A stretch of 64,000 nt of DNA from Macrostomum lignano (lineage: Eukaryota): NCBI GenBank assembly GCA_002269645.1, contig NIVC01003745.1, forward strand, positions 1 to 64,000. The letters run 5' to 3'. The position numbers and the translations under genes are program-made. The notes under the pieces were generated by a model. That model saw only the letters and a list, made by a program, of their open reading frames with translations. It made no database searches and was not told the origin of the DNA. Shown here in pieces: positions 1 to 12,326 of the stretch (positions within the stretch are counted from its first letter, which is position 1; the number at the start of each line of letters is the position of its first letter).

Positions 1-120
1 CAGGTTTGCTGTTTTATGATCTGTGCTGTGGGGATATCTTTGTTTTAATCACTTTTCTAGCGACTAGTTTCAAGTCGGTAACATCCTTATTAAACTGGGT
101 AATTCACCGGCTGTCCCACT

Positions 121-1145
121 GCTGTCACTCCTACGGGTTCTCTGCTGTCACTCGTACGGGTTCACTGCTGTCACTCCTACGGGTCACTGCTGTCACTCCT
201 ACGGGTTCACTGCTGTCACTCCTACGGGTTCACTGCTGTCACTCGTACGGGTTCACTGCTGTCACTCCTACGGGTTCACTGCTGTCACTCGTACGGGTTC
301 ACTGCTGTCACTCCTACGGGTTCACTGCTGTCACTCGTACGGGTTCACTGCTGTCACTCGTACGGGTTCACTGCTGTCACTCCTACGGGTTCACTGCTGT
401 CACTCGCTACGGGTTCACTGCTGTCACTCGTACGGGTTCACTGCTGTCACTCGTACGGGTTCACTGCTGTCACTCCTACGGGTTCACTGCTGTCACTCCT
501 ACGGGTTCACTGCTGTCACTCCTACGGGTTCATGCTGTCACTCCTACGGGTTCACTGCTGTCACTCGTACGGGTTCACTGCTGTCACTCCTACGGGTTCA
601 CTGCTGTCACTCGTACGGGTTCACTGCTGTCACTCTACGGGTTCACTGCTGTCACTCGTACGGTTCACTGCTGTCACTCGTACGGGTTCACTGCTGTCAC
701 TCCTACGGGTTCACTGCTGTCACTCCTACGGGTTCACTGCTGTCACTCCTACGGGTTCACTGTGTCACGTACGGGTTCACTGCTGTCACTCCTACGGGTT
801 CACTGCTGTCACTCGTACGGGTTCACTGCTGTCACTCCTACGGGTTCACTGCTGTCACTCGTACGGGTTCACTGCTGTCACTCCTACGGGTTCACTGCTG
901 TCACTCGTACGGGTTCACTGCTGTCACTCCTACGGGTTCACTGCTGTCACTCGTACGGGTTCACTGCTGTCACTCGTACGGGTTCACTGCTGTCACTCCT
1001 ACGGGTTCACTGCTGTCACTCGTACGGGTTCACTGCTGTCACTCCTACGGGTTCACTGCTGTCACTCGTACGGGTTCACTGCTGTCACTCGTACGGGTTC
1101 ACTGCTGTCACTCCTACGGGTTCACTGCTGTCACTCCTACGGTTC
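121..1145. repeat. 23-bp minisatellite (CACTGCTGTCACTC[C/G]TACGGGTT, ~44 copies) in an RPSA intron
   Basis: Unit read directly. The array ends ~50 nt before the acceptor at 1196-1197. Confidence 0.95.
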
Positions 1146-1197
1146 TCTCTCCCGCCCAGCTAATTCTCACCTCCCGTAATTCTAACCAATTCCGCAG

Positions 1198-1955
1198 GCC
1201 GCCTTCCGCGAGCCCCGCCTGCTGATCGTGAGCTGCCCGCGCCAGGACCACCAGGCCATCACCGAGGCTCGCTACGTGAACTTGCCGGTCATTGCGCTGT
1301 GCAACTCGGACGCCAGCCTGCGCCACGTGGACCTCGCCGTGCCCTGCAACAATGTCGGCGTTCACAGCGTCGGCCTCATCTGGTGGCTGCTGACCAGACA
1401 GGTGAGGTCTTGGCACATTCGGCTTCAAGGTTTTGGCGTGGCGGTTTCAAATCACTGGGTGTGAAATTTATGGCAAAATTTACGCTAAGGGGCAAACTGT
1501 ATGTCAAAATACGCTCGTATGAAGGGCTATGTGAAGGTTTTGAGGCCTTTGCCAAGGTATTGGTGCTCAGGGTGCATGTATACACAGATCATGTCAAGAG
1601 TAAGTACTGATCACAAGTGCTGCCACCATACAGGTGCTCCGCATCCGCGCACGATCCCGTACGACACCGACTGGGACGTGATGCCGGACCTGTTTTTCTA
1701 CCGGACTCCTGAGGAGCAGGAGAAGGAGCAGAAGGCTGAGGAGGAGCAGGTGGAGCCCAGCGCCATCCCCCTCCGGGTGCCGAGTTCACCGCTGCTCCAG
1801 CCGCCGTGGCCAACACCGAGGACTGGGGCGAGCCGGTGACGGCTCCGGCTGCCACTGTCGGCAGCTTCAGCGGGGCCACCTTCGAACAGCAGGCGGCTTC
1901 CGGCGGCATCGCCGATTGGGGCGCCGCTGTTGCCGCCGCCGATGGCAACTGGTGA
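1198..1955 (+). CDS. RPSA: 40S ribosomal protein SA (uS2), last two exons; 5' exons lie upstream of the window
   Basis: Exons 1198-1401 and 1634-1955 with canonical [15 protein letters not shown]...[20 protein letters not shown]...VMPDLFFYR and C-terminal TEDW/DW motifs match RPSA. Two single-base deletions (~1649 and the C-run 1767-1771) must be corrected. Confidence 0.93.
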
Positions 1956-2403
1956 TTTTTGCGCACCTGGGCTTAGTGAGGCCGGACTGAGCACTGCCGA
2001 ATTGAGCGCGCTGACTGCTTGTTAATTTTGACGTGTTGATCATTGGAAAAAATACATTGCAGCTCACGGTTCCATAGCGACTCTCGCTGTCTAGCGACTT
2101 TCGATTTGGTTGGATGAAAAATTTTGGAACCTGTTTCTCGACTTCATTATTTGTTCGTATAGTCAAAACTGACCAACCGTCAGGACCTGCGCTCAGATGT
2201 ACTGTTCTCAATTGCAATTGGAGCTTTCAGGAGAATTGCAAGGAAAAACTAGATCAGAACTATTGATCATGGCTGCTGAATTCGTTTTTGGCTCCAACAA
2301 GTCATTCGAGTCTTGTGCTCAAGTAGCTCTCTGCATATACTGGTACATATGCTTTCATGTGTTATATAATAAAAAAATTGATTACACCTGCCCCAACAGG
2401 GCC

Positions 2404-2678
2404 AGATGTGCAACCGACAGCTCAGCCGCAGCTATTGCGCAGCGCATCTGAAGGCTGCATATGTGCATACGGCTGTTCAGTCAAAGGACTGGGGGGGGGG
2501 TCGCCACACACCCTCAATTGCACCAGCTAATTATGCTGGCACCCATTTTACAGCTGGGTGAACTGAAGCAATGCAGAGTTACATGTAAATGTTTTGCGCA
2601 AGGACAGTCGGATCGGGAATCGAACCCCCGACCTTCAAGCCGTGAGTCTGACGCTCTAACCACTAGGCTACAACACTC
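2404..2678 (-). mobile_element. tRNA-derived SINE with CORE-like central domain, copy 1
   Basis: Minus-strand Pol III A box TAGCCTAGTGG (2670-2660) and B box GGTTCGATTCC (2626-2616). A second copy lies at 36232-36496. Confidence 0.8.
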
Positions 2679-4915
2679 GTCTTTATACGCGAAGGCAAAG
2701 TTATTATATATCGTAACTAACCGTAACGGTCGCAACATCTCGGATGATTAAAAAGCTCAACAAATGTACATGTGCCGTGTACATTCAAGTCGTCCTTGTG
2801 TACATTATACATGTAGAAGTTAGGATCATTTTTTTCATTAGATCGTGAAAGTAGTGCTTGTACCGAGTGATTTAGGCTAATTTTGCCAATAAGAATTGTT
2901 AAGACATTGCGAGGACATGGGAAGAGTGAGTTCTCTAATCTCTTGCGTGTACGTACATGTAAGATGGGTTCGGCCTTCTAATCTAAAACCTTGGTCATAT
3001 TTGGCTTTTCTCTTCACAACTTTCAAATGGAGTCGAAGTAAGAAAAGTAACTGTGCCGCTTAATGGATTGAAACAATAATTATGATATATGATTCTTGTT
3101 TTGCAACATTATGTAACGTACCCGCGATAGAGCAGGTCAGAAAAGCCTCTCACCCAACCAATTAGAGTTTTCAAGCTGCCGCAGGGACCAGAAGTCATGC
3201 AGTTCCAGAGACAACCAGCAGAAAATTGGTGCTGGTAGTCGATGACTTCTTTCGTTGCTCATATGTAGGTGATGTACATGTAGTACATGTAGATGCATAT
3301 GTCTGGCGCCCGGAGAGGGCGTTTCACCGCGATGTTAACCAGGCACTTTCGCGGGGAAAATCGACTCCGTGTGCCGCGGAGAGAGCAGACGCAGGTAGGC
3401 CAGGAAGGAGAAGAGCTCGTAGGAAGGAGGGCAGGCGCGCTTCTTCGAGAGGTGGTCTGTCCCCCCACCCTTAATACTGTACATAGTCCTTATAACGGCC
3501 GATTTATTATACCAAACGTCGTCGAATTTTAATGGACGAGCCGACTTGTTATACTCGATGTCCCATTTTCTGATTGGACAAGCCAAAGGTGACTAGCTCG
3601 ACTTTGATTGGCTGATCTCTATACCCCCTTTGCACTTTCCACAGGGCGATCTCTCAGGCAGACCCCATGCAGGGGGGTGACAGTTGAGTCATGAATCATA
3701 ATAAAAACTGGCCGCGGAAAAAATCTATCCAAAAATGCCACTGCCATACATCCTGACGCCCAAGAAGAGTCCACTGGACATTAATCATAAATCATATAAA
3801 AAGTGAAAGAACAAGGACAAAAAGCAGACTGCTGGAGAAGCAACTTTCCCATCCAAACTATTTGTCGCCAAAAGTGACAGGGTTCTCGTAAATCAAAATC
3901 GGCCAAGAGGTCAGCTTGTCATGATCTTTAGACGTAAACAGCTTAAAAAATTAACTCTTATCTCCTACAAGGTAAGACAAGAACTTCATTAACTCCTACA
4001 TGTTAATGAGGAGTTATATTTTATTATTTCTGACAAATTAATCCGTTAAGATGAAACGCGACGGATAAATAAAAGATAAAAATCAGAGAGGAGATACATG
4101 TATACATGTAGAAACACAGGTGCGATTCTAAGAATGAAAAGGTGCGTCGTCTCCTCATCACGAATCAGGGGCGTCACAGTGGATTTTATGGTGGGGGGGA
4201 CAAAAGCCAAGAAGTTCAACATGTACAGTACATGACTAAATTACTACTACATAAAATCGGTGTTGTCAGCCCTCATTTTGGCGACGCATTTACGATATTT
4301 CTTCCAGAAATTGAATGATAGATTGGTATAGCAAGTATTTTTTTCATTAAAAGAATAAAATGTGTTAAAATGAACGTTTATATTTTCTGTCGCTTCTTTC
4401 TTTCTTATTCTTTCTACGTATTACTATACTACACTCCTACTGGTAGTATATACAGCAAAGAAATTATATGACGCATTGAACTTGAAGTTCACTGGAACTA
4501 CAGATGTTGCATTATAGTTAGAATTCCATCAAGACGGAGAACTTCAAAGTCGGTCGCGGTGTTTAGAAAAGTAGAATCTGTATAGGAAAAACATTTTAGA
4601 AATTAAATAATTAAATTTCGATTAAATTTAGTTTTAGAAACGTTTTGAAACATATAGACACATTTTCTTTTGCTCCTGTACAGAAAATACCATCGATTTG
4701 TTTTTCTTTGCAAAATTGTTAGCAAGCTTGCTTGCATGAATTTAACGTCTTTGATTCCGTCATTATTTTACTTTTAATTTTGCACCCTTGGGTCTTGGTA
4801 CTGTTGAAAAAAAATACTACAGCAGATGCAGACATACGTAAACGGAACGTCCTTAATTACTTATACACAATGCATCGTCTAATTGATCGAAATTGCGGTA
4901 AAACTTTTTTTTGAA

Positions 4916-7900
4916 ATGACAACATCTGGAAAAGACAGCGACTCTTTTGTATTGCTCGAGTCTGCTATTAAAGAAGAAATACAGCGGTTTGAGAGCGTTC
5001 ATCCATGCATTTACGCAATTTATGATTTAATAGAGACTATCAGCAATCGAGAATTGAAAGACGCTATTCACAACAATCTGGTAACGATTGAAGGTACATA
5101 ATTCAGTTTATAGATTGCTTCTTGTCACCTTGTGCTTGTGCTTTGCATGAATTTCTATTTATTGTTTATTATTTATTACTATAAATATTTATTACAAATG
5201 TTTAATTTGGCCTTGGTTGGTGTTACTGTGTATTTATTTAGCATATTGATTATTTATTCTCTTAGTTCTTTATTCAAGTTTTCTTATTACTTTTATAACA
5301 TGAAAGAATTCTTGAACAGTGAACAAAAATTACCCAATATTTAACCAATAACTGATAGCATTCAGACTTTATATCAATTCGATATTTTGGTATATATTTA
5401 AAATAAAAAATCTTTGATAGTTCAAAAACATAAAGAAACACATTTTGCATTTGCAATCACTAAAATTCACAGAACTGCAGACATACTAAATACAAATATG
5501 TAATGGATTTGCCTTGTTCTTGCATATATGAAGATATATTTGACGTGCGGCGAGTTTTTTTGAAAAAAATAGTTTTATTTTATTTTCTAAGCTCAGACTT
5601 CTTATGATATGAGTAAAAATCCTAACAAATAACATCCGAACGCACTACTGCTTCAGCGCTTTCGTCAACAGTCAGGAGTGGACCCTCAATCGGAATGTGA
5701 AAGAGCTAAAACTGGTGAGCCATGTTCAAGGATAACAACAACTTTTTAACTATCGATTTTTCTAAGAAGCGTCCCTTCGCCTCCCACTTGCAGGGCCTGC
5801 TGGGCAGCGCGGACTCGGGCAAGTCGGCGCTGGTGCATCGCTTCCTCACCGGCAGCTTCCTGCAGGACGCGTCTCCGGAAGGTGAGCCAGCGGATGGATC
5901 CCCGGCCCTGCGCTGAACTTCTTGGTTATCGTGAGAAACTTCAACCTTCATTAGCTGCATTAGTCAGCCACCACCGCTACCGAAATAACTTCTTCTGATC
6001 CGCAGTCATCAGCCAGGAAGTAAAAAATCCGTGTGTGTCTCCATTCTTTTCGCACAGCATGAAAAACCACGCGCCCAGCCTCCTGCGCCCTCATCAAGCC
6101 GGCCCCCAGCCAGCCCAGCAAGACTGCTGCTCCCCTCCCTGAGCCAGCTGCTGCTGCTGCAGACGCCAGCTGTCTGTAGTGTAAACAAAATCCCTGGTCT
6201 CTGCAAATGCTATGGAAATCCCAAACAGGCTGCATTCAGCCTCCCGTCCGGTGAAATCCGGGTTGTTTGCTTTGCTGCTGCAATTCCTGCAGACCTTTGG
6301 GCGCTTCATCGCGCAGTGGGTCAGGTGGCTGCACCTTTGCACCAACGCTGTCTGGACATCGAGTCGCTAAATCCCTGCCTGTCCCCCTCCCTCATCGTTT
6401 TCACCACCGCCACTCTGGGGAAGAGGGCCGGCCGGGGGGGGGGTAAATTGCCGTCTAGCGATGCGGTGGCTGGGGCTGAGGGAACTGGGATTGGGGGAGT
6501 AAGAATGACATTAGTGTCGTCCTTATCGTAATGCAGAATTTCACACTGTCAGTCGTATGCTCAGACTCAGTCTACTGCAAGTAGGATGAATTGAAATCTA
6601 TATTATTTTATCATTTCTGAGCGCTTTTTCTCCTTATTCATGATTCGAAATTAAGGTGCTCAAAAATTAGTTCAAAATTTTGGATTCGTGTTTAATAAAA
6701 AATGAAAGACTAGGGAAACGAAAGATCCGACTCGTACTTGTGACGCTAGCATTTGTACTCTTTATGTTGTCAGTTTTAAAAGATTTTCATTCGGCAACCC
6801 CTTCCGTTCGAATCCTAGAAAACAATACTGGACATTTAAACAAATGAAAAGCCATGAGATGCAGCTGTCTATGGCCAATAGGATGTAGCTGTCTATGGCC
6901 AACAGGATGCAGCTGTCTATGGCCAAAAGGATGTAGCTGTCTATGGCCAACAGGATGCAGCTGTCTATGGCCAATAGGATGTAGCTGTCTATGGCCAATA
7001 GGATGTAGTTGTCTATGGCCAATAGGATGTAGCTGTCTATGGCCAATAGGATGCAGCTGTCTATGGCCAACAGGATGCAGCTGTCTATGGCCAATAGGAT
7101 GTAGCTGTCAATGGCCAACAGGATGCAGCTGTCTATGGCCAATAGGATGTAGCTTTCTATGGCCAACAGGATGCAGCTGTCTATGGCCAATAGGATGTAG
7201 CTGTCTATGGCCAATAGGATGCAGCTGTCTATGGCCAATAGGATGCAGCTGTATGGCCAATAGGATGCAGCTGTCTATGGCCAATAGGATGTAGCTGTCT
7301 ATGGCCAACAGGATGCAGCTGTCTATGGCCATTCCCAAACCGATTTGCGTATGTTCTCTGTTCGGGCCAGTTCTGCAGCTCCTTTGATTCCCCCCCCACT
7401 GACCGCAGGCGGCCGCTTTAAGTGCCGCGTCGGGCTGTCCGGCGCCCCTCACCTGGCGCTTATCCGCGACGAGGCGGAGCCGCCCAGCCCGCAGTTTGCC
7501 GTCTGGTGCGACGCCTGTCTGCTGGTGTTCGCGGCCGGTCGCCCGGATAGCCTCGTTGCGGCTGCTGACCTGCGCAGGCGGTTGGCCGACGTGCGGCGAC
7601 AGCCCGACCTGCCGCTGATTGTCGTTGGAGTGTTAGGTGAGCGGGACCGAGACTGACTGCTGCCAGTCTGATGCCAGTCTGATGCCAGTCTGACGTCACT
7701 CTGGTTTCAGCATTATGTCAGTCTAACGTCAGCATAATGTCAGTCTAATGTCAGCATTATGTCAGTCTAATGTCAGCATAATGTCAGTCTAATGTCAGCA
7801 TAATGTCAGTCTAACGTCAGCATAATGTCAGTCTAATGTCAGCATAATGTCAGTCTAATGTCAGCATAATGTCAGTCTAATGTCAGCATAATGTCAGTCT

Positions 7901-10900
7901 AATGTCAGCATAATGTCAGTCTAATGTCAGCATAATGTCAGTCTAATGTCAGCATAATGTCAGTCTAATGTCAGCATAATGTCAGTCTAATGTCAGCATT
8001 ATGTCAGTCTAATGTCAGCATAATGTCAGTCTAATGTCAGCATAATGTCAGTCTAATGTCAGCATAATGTCAGTCTAATGTCAGCATAATGTCAGTCTTA
8101 TGTCAGCAGACTCAACCACCCGCCCAGACTCGGCAAGCGAATCCCGAGCGCAGGCGGAGGCGGTCTCAAGGCAGCAGGCGGCGGCGGCAGCGGAGCTGGG
8201 CCTGCGGCAAGAGGACATGTTGTACTTTGAAGCCAGCGCCGCCACAGGTTACAATGTGGAGCGGGTTTTCACTGAAGGTGAGGAAGAGGCTGCATGGACG
8301 CGGGGATTCTTGCTTCTATGTTCTTGATGAAGCACTCATTAGTTAAACTAGTTCCTAGGAGACGCTACCCCCCAGCCGAATTTTCCGCATTTCAAGCGCC
8401 GATCCAGTTCGATCAAAGGCTCCTTGGCCTCGACCGAAACTTGGCCCGCCTCGGCCCATGCTTGCGTGAACCACCGGGTTTTTCACTGGTTTGGATTTTA
8501 AAAACACATATCCAAAGTTTTCTACTTACAGTAGGCAATAAGTATGCCTGCTGAATTTTCGACTAAAATTATAAAATGCGATCTGACACGTTCTCTACAA
8601 AAAGGAACGCATATGGAAGACGAAATAAAAGCAACATATTTGCTTCACAGGGAATCTCCATTCATTCATTCATCAGTTCAACTTGAATCCCATGAGGATC
8701 CTAATTAGTTATTATTAAATAGTTCAAATTTCTAATACCCACCTGAAAGGGGGGCAGGCACGCGCCACAGGAAAAATTGTTATGATTTTGATCGATGCCA
8801 ACAACTGGCCGCATCGCCCCTCCGGCCCTCCGCGTCTCCTCCCTGCTTCCCAAATCCCCGATTGTCGAATTCTCGCGCCGGGGTCCGGATTGGCCGGGCT
8901 CTGCAGTGTCAGCTTGCAGCCAAAGTGGCTGCCCGAATTCGCGGTTCAAGTGGCTTCGCTTTGGCCAAAACGGAACCGCAATTGGAGAGGCGAGAGAGAG
9001 ATATTGTGTTGCAACTGTTCCTGCTGTGTTTGGGGGCTTGAAAATCTAAACTGTACCCCATGCTTCAGTGCTGCTGGCTGACTGTGCCAGACATCTGGCA
9101 TGAAATCCAACACCTAGTTTTTAGGTAGCAAAAATATCTGCTTCACCATGCAGACACCTTTTAGCGCTTCAATGCAGCAGTTGTACATACTAAATGTAGT
9201 TTGTACATCAGCTCCATCAGTCTGTATGTGACACGGTCAGACCTATAAGACTCAGTGCAATGAATTGGGTCAGCTTTATAAGACTCAGTGGAATGAATTG
9301 GGTCAGCTCTATAAGACTCAGTGCAATGAATTGGGTCAGCTTTATACGACTCAGTGCAATGAATTGGGTCAGCTCTATACGACTCAGTGCAATGAATTGG
9401 GTCAGCTCTATAAGACTCAGTGCAATGAATTGGGTCAGCTCTATAAGACTCAGTGCAATGAATTGGGTCAGCTTTATACGACTCAGTGCAATGAATTGGG
9501 TCAGCTCTATACGACTCAGTGCAATGAATTGGGTCAGCTCTATAAGACTCAGTGCAATGAATTGGGTCAGCTCTATAAGACTCAGTGCAATGAATTGGGT
9601 CAGCTCTATACGACTCAGTGCAATGAATTGGGTCAGCTCTATAAGACTCAGTGCAATGAATTGGGTCAGCTCTATAAGACTCAGTGCAATGAATTGGGTC
9701 AGCTCTATACGACTCAGTGCAATGAATTGGGTCAGCTCTATAAGACTCAGTGCAATGAATTGGGTCAGCTCTATAAGACTCAGTGCAATGAATTGGGTCA
9801 GCTTCAAGGAAGCGATTAGGTGCTCCGAAAGAAATTGTGAAGAAATTCTGGGGTCAGTGGGCTGAGCAATTACAGACTCCCCACTGCCACCGGCCTGCCT
9901 CATCTCAGTCTCCCTCCTCTTCCCAACCCTGCAAATCCTGCCTCGAGCTCGGTCTCAGTGCATCCACATCAGCGCCATCAGAAGCTCACCTGTCAGCAGT
10001 GAATCCAAAATTCAGTTCGGCCAGCCATTCAGCCGTGACCGCCAATTCATCCTGGGCCAGGCGATGGCGATGCTGCCTGCCATTTTGGCCACGGGCTGGG
10101 CGATCCATCAGAGCCGGCTTGGCAGGCCGGCAGAGGACAGCGAGCGGCCCTCAGCGGTGTCCGATTTCACCGGGGCATTGCAGCAGTGTCAAAAATCGAC
10201 TTCCATTGTTCTCCCCAGAACCCCAGGCCCCATTGTGTTGTGCCGCGGCCATAAACTCGATCGGACTCGAGATTGGGAATTGGCACTGTTTTGATGCCAA
10301 TGCAGCGTCTTTTTGTGCTTAAAACACTGGCCAGGGACACCTGAGCTGGGATCTGGGCTGCCAGGGACACCTGAGCTGGGATCTGGGCTGCCAGGGACAC
10401 CTGAGCTGGGATCTGGGCTGCCAGGGACACCTGAGCTGGGATCTGGGCTGCCAGGGACACCTGAGCTGGGATCTGGGCTGCCAGGGACACCTGAGCTGGG
10501 ATCTGGGCTGCCGGGGACACCTGAGCTGGGATCTGGGCTGCCGGGGACACCTGAGCTGGGATCTGGGCTGCCAGGGACACCTGAGCTGGGATCTGGGCTG
10601 CCGGGGACACCTGAGCTGGGATCTGGGCTGCCAGGGACACCTGAGCTGGGATCTGGGCTGCCAGGGACACCTGAGCTGGGATCTGGGCTGCCGGGGACAC
10701 CTGAGCTGGGATCTGGGCTGCCGGGGACACCTGAGCTGGGATCTGGGCTGCCAGGGACACCTGAGCTGGGATCTGGGCTGCCGGGGACACCTGAGCTGGG
10801 ATCTGGGCTGCCAGGGACACCTGAGCTGGGATCTGGGCTGCCAGGGACACCTGAGCTGGGATCTGGGCTGCCAGGGACACCTGAGCTGGGATCTGGGCTG

Positions 10901-12282
10901 CCGGGGACACCTGAGCTGGGATCTGGGCTGCCAGGGACACCTGAGCTGGGATCTGGGCTGCCAGGGACACCTGAGCTGGGATCTGGGCTGCCGGGGACAC
11001 CTGAGCTGGGATCTGGGCTGCCAGGGACACCTGAGCTGGGATCTGGGCTGCCAGGGACACCTGAGCTGGGATCTGGGCTGCCAGGGACACCTGAGCTGGG
11101 ATCTGGGCTGCCAGGGACACCTGAGCTGGGATCTGGGCTGCCAGGGACACCTGAGCTGGGATCTGGGCTGCCGGGGACACCTGAGCTGGGATCTGGGCTG
11201 CCGGGGACACCTGAGCTGGGATCTGGGCTGCCAGGGACACCTGAGCTGGGATCTGGGCTGCCGGGGACACCTGAGCTGGGATCTGGGCTGCCAGGGAAAG
11301 TTGAAAGTCGCTGTGAAATCCAAAATCACAGAGCAGAAAAACTATTTTCAGTCCTGTTTGAGCTTGGCTTTGAGAAATTCTCGGTCAGAATCGCATTGGA
11401 GAGATTTCTGCAGCCTTGCAGTGAGGGCAGGGTTACCCGCAGGCTTCTGCAAAATGCTGCTCCACATTCTGCCCAAGTCCCCTCGGCTCGGCACACAGAG
11501 CCGCAGACAGGGCTGACAGACAGATTACCCGATAGAGACCAGCCTGCTTCTTTTGAAGGGGGGGGCGCCTCGAATAGATGGGATATTTTCCCCTCTCACA
11601 AGCGGGTTGTAAAATCGAATTTCCGAATGAGATGGTTGTGAGAGATAGCTTTTTATTGCAGTTGGGGGTGGGGAAATAAAGGGATTGCTTTCGCAGGTAG
11701 ATGTTGTCTCCCCCGGCCTCGCTTTTGTTGCGCAGATTCGGAACTCATTGACTCGCAGTTCGGCCCGTGCCGAGACACTCGGCTCCCGCATCAACTCCCC
11801 CTTCGGCTCCCCTGCCCACTGCACAGGCGGCGCATGCGGGCAATATGGGGCTGCTCGCCCCTCCCCCCCCCCTGGAGCAAAGCGGAGCCAGTCAGCCATG
11901 CGAACCCATCTGTTCTCTGTGAGCGGATTTATTGAAATTCAGCTTCTCCCGCTCTTCCCTTTCCTGGGTTCCCACTAGTCAAGCGAGCCGCAGTCAAGCG
12001 GAGGTGCCTCACCGGCTCCCCACCGGCCCGCCGGCCTGTGTGCCTGTGCTGCCCCCCCCCCCTCCCCGTGTTTGACGGCCCCGCGTGGCAGAGTGGCGTG
12101 CAGTGCGCCAGGGCGGGGCGGCCTTCCAGCTTTATTGGGATGTCTGGCAGTTCCGCAGTGCACGGGAATTGCGAACCAAGGACCCAGCCTTTGTCCCCAG
12201 ACTGGGGAGGACAAAGGCAGAGGGACACGAGTGAGTCATGGGTAGGACTTGCACTTTAGCTGCCGGCGGCTGTGCTGTATCC

Positions 12283-12326
<44 letters not shown>

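Noticed and set aside
1402-1633. Possible intronic snoRNA in RPSA (vertebrate RPSA hosts snoRNAs)
   Set aside because: I could not find correctly spaced C/D or H/ACA boxes with supporting stems.
3304-3320. TGGCGCCCG resembling a tRNA-Lys primer-binding site, with TGTAAC at ~3111 as a possible LTR start
   Set aside because: Only 9 contiguous matches, not preceded by an LTR-ending CA, and no second LTR or gag/pol nearby.
9820-10030. Candidate bridging AGAP exon ([11 protein letters not shown]...PCKS)
   Set aside because: The phase fits and there is faint similarity, but the acceptor lacks a pyrimidine tract and no clear donor was found. Left unannotated.
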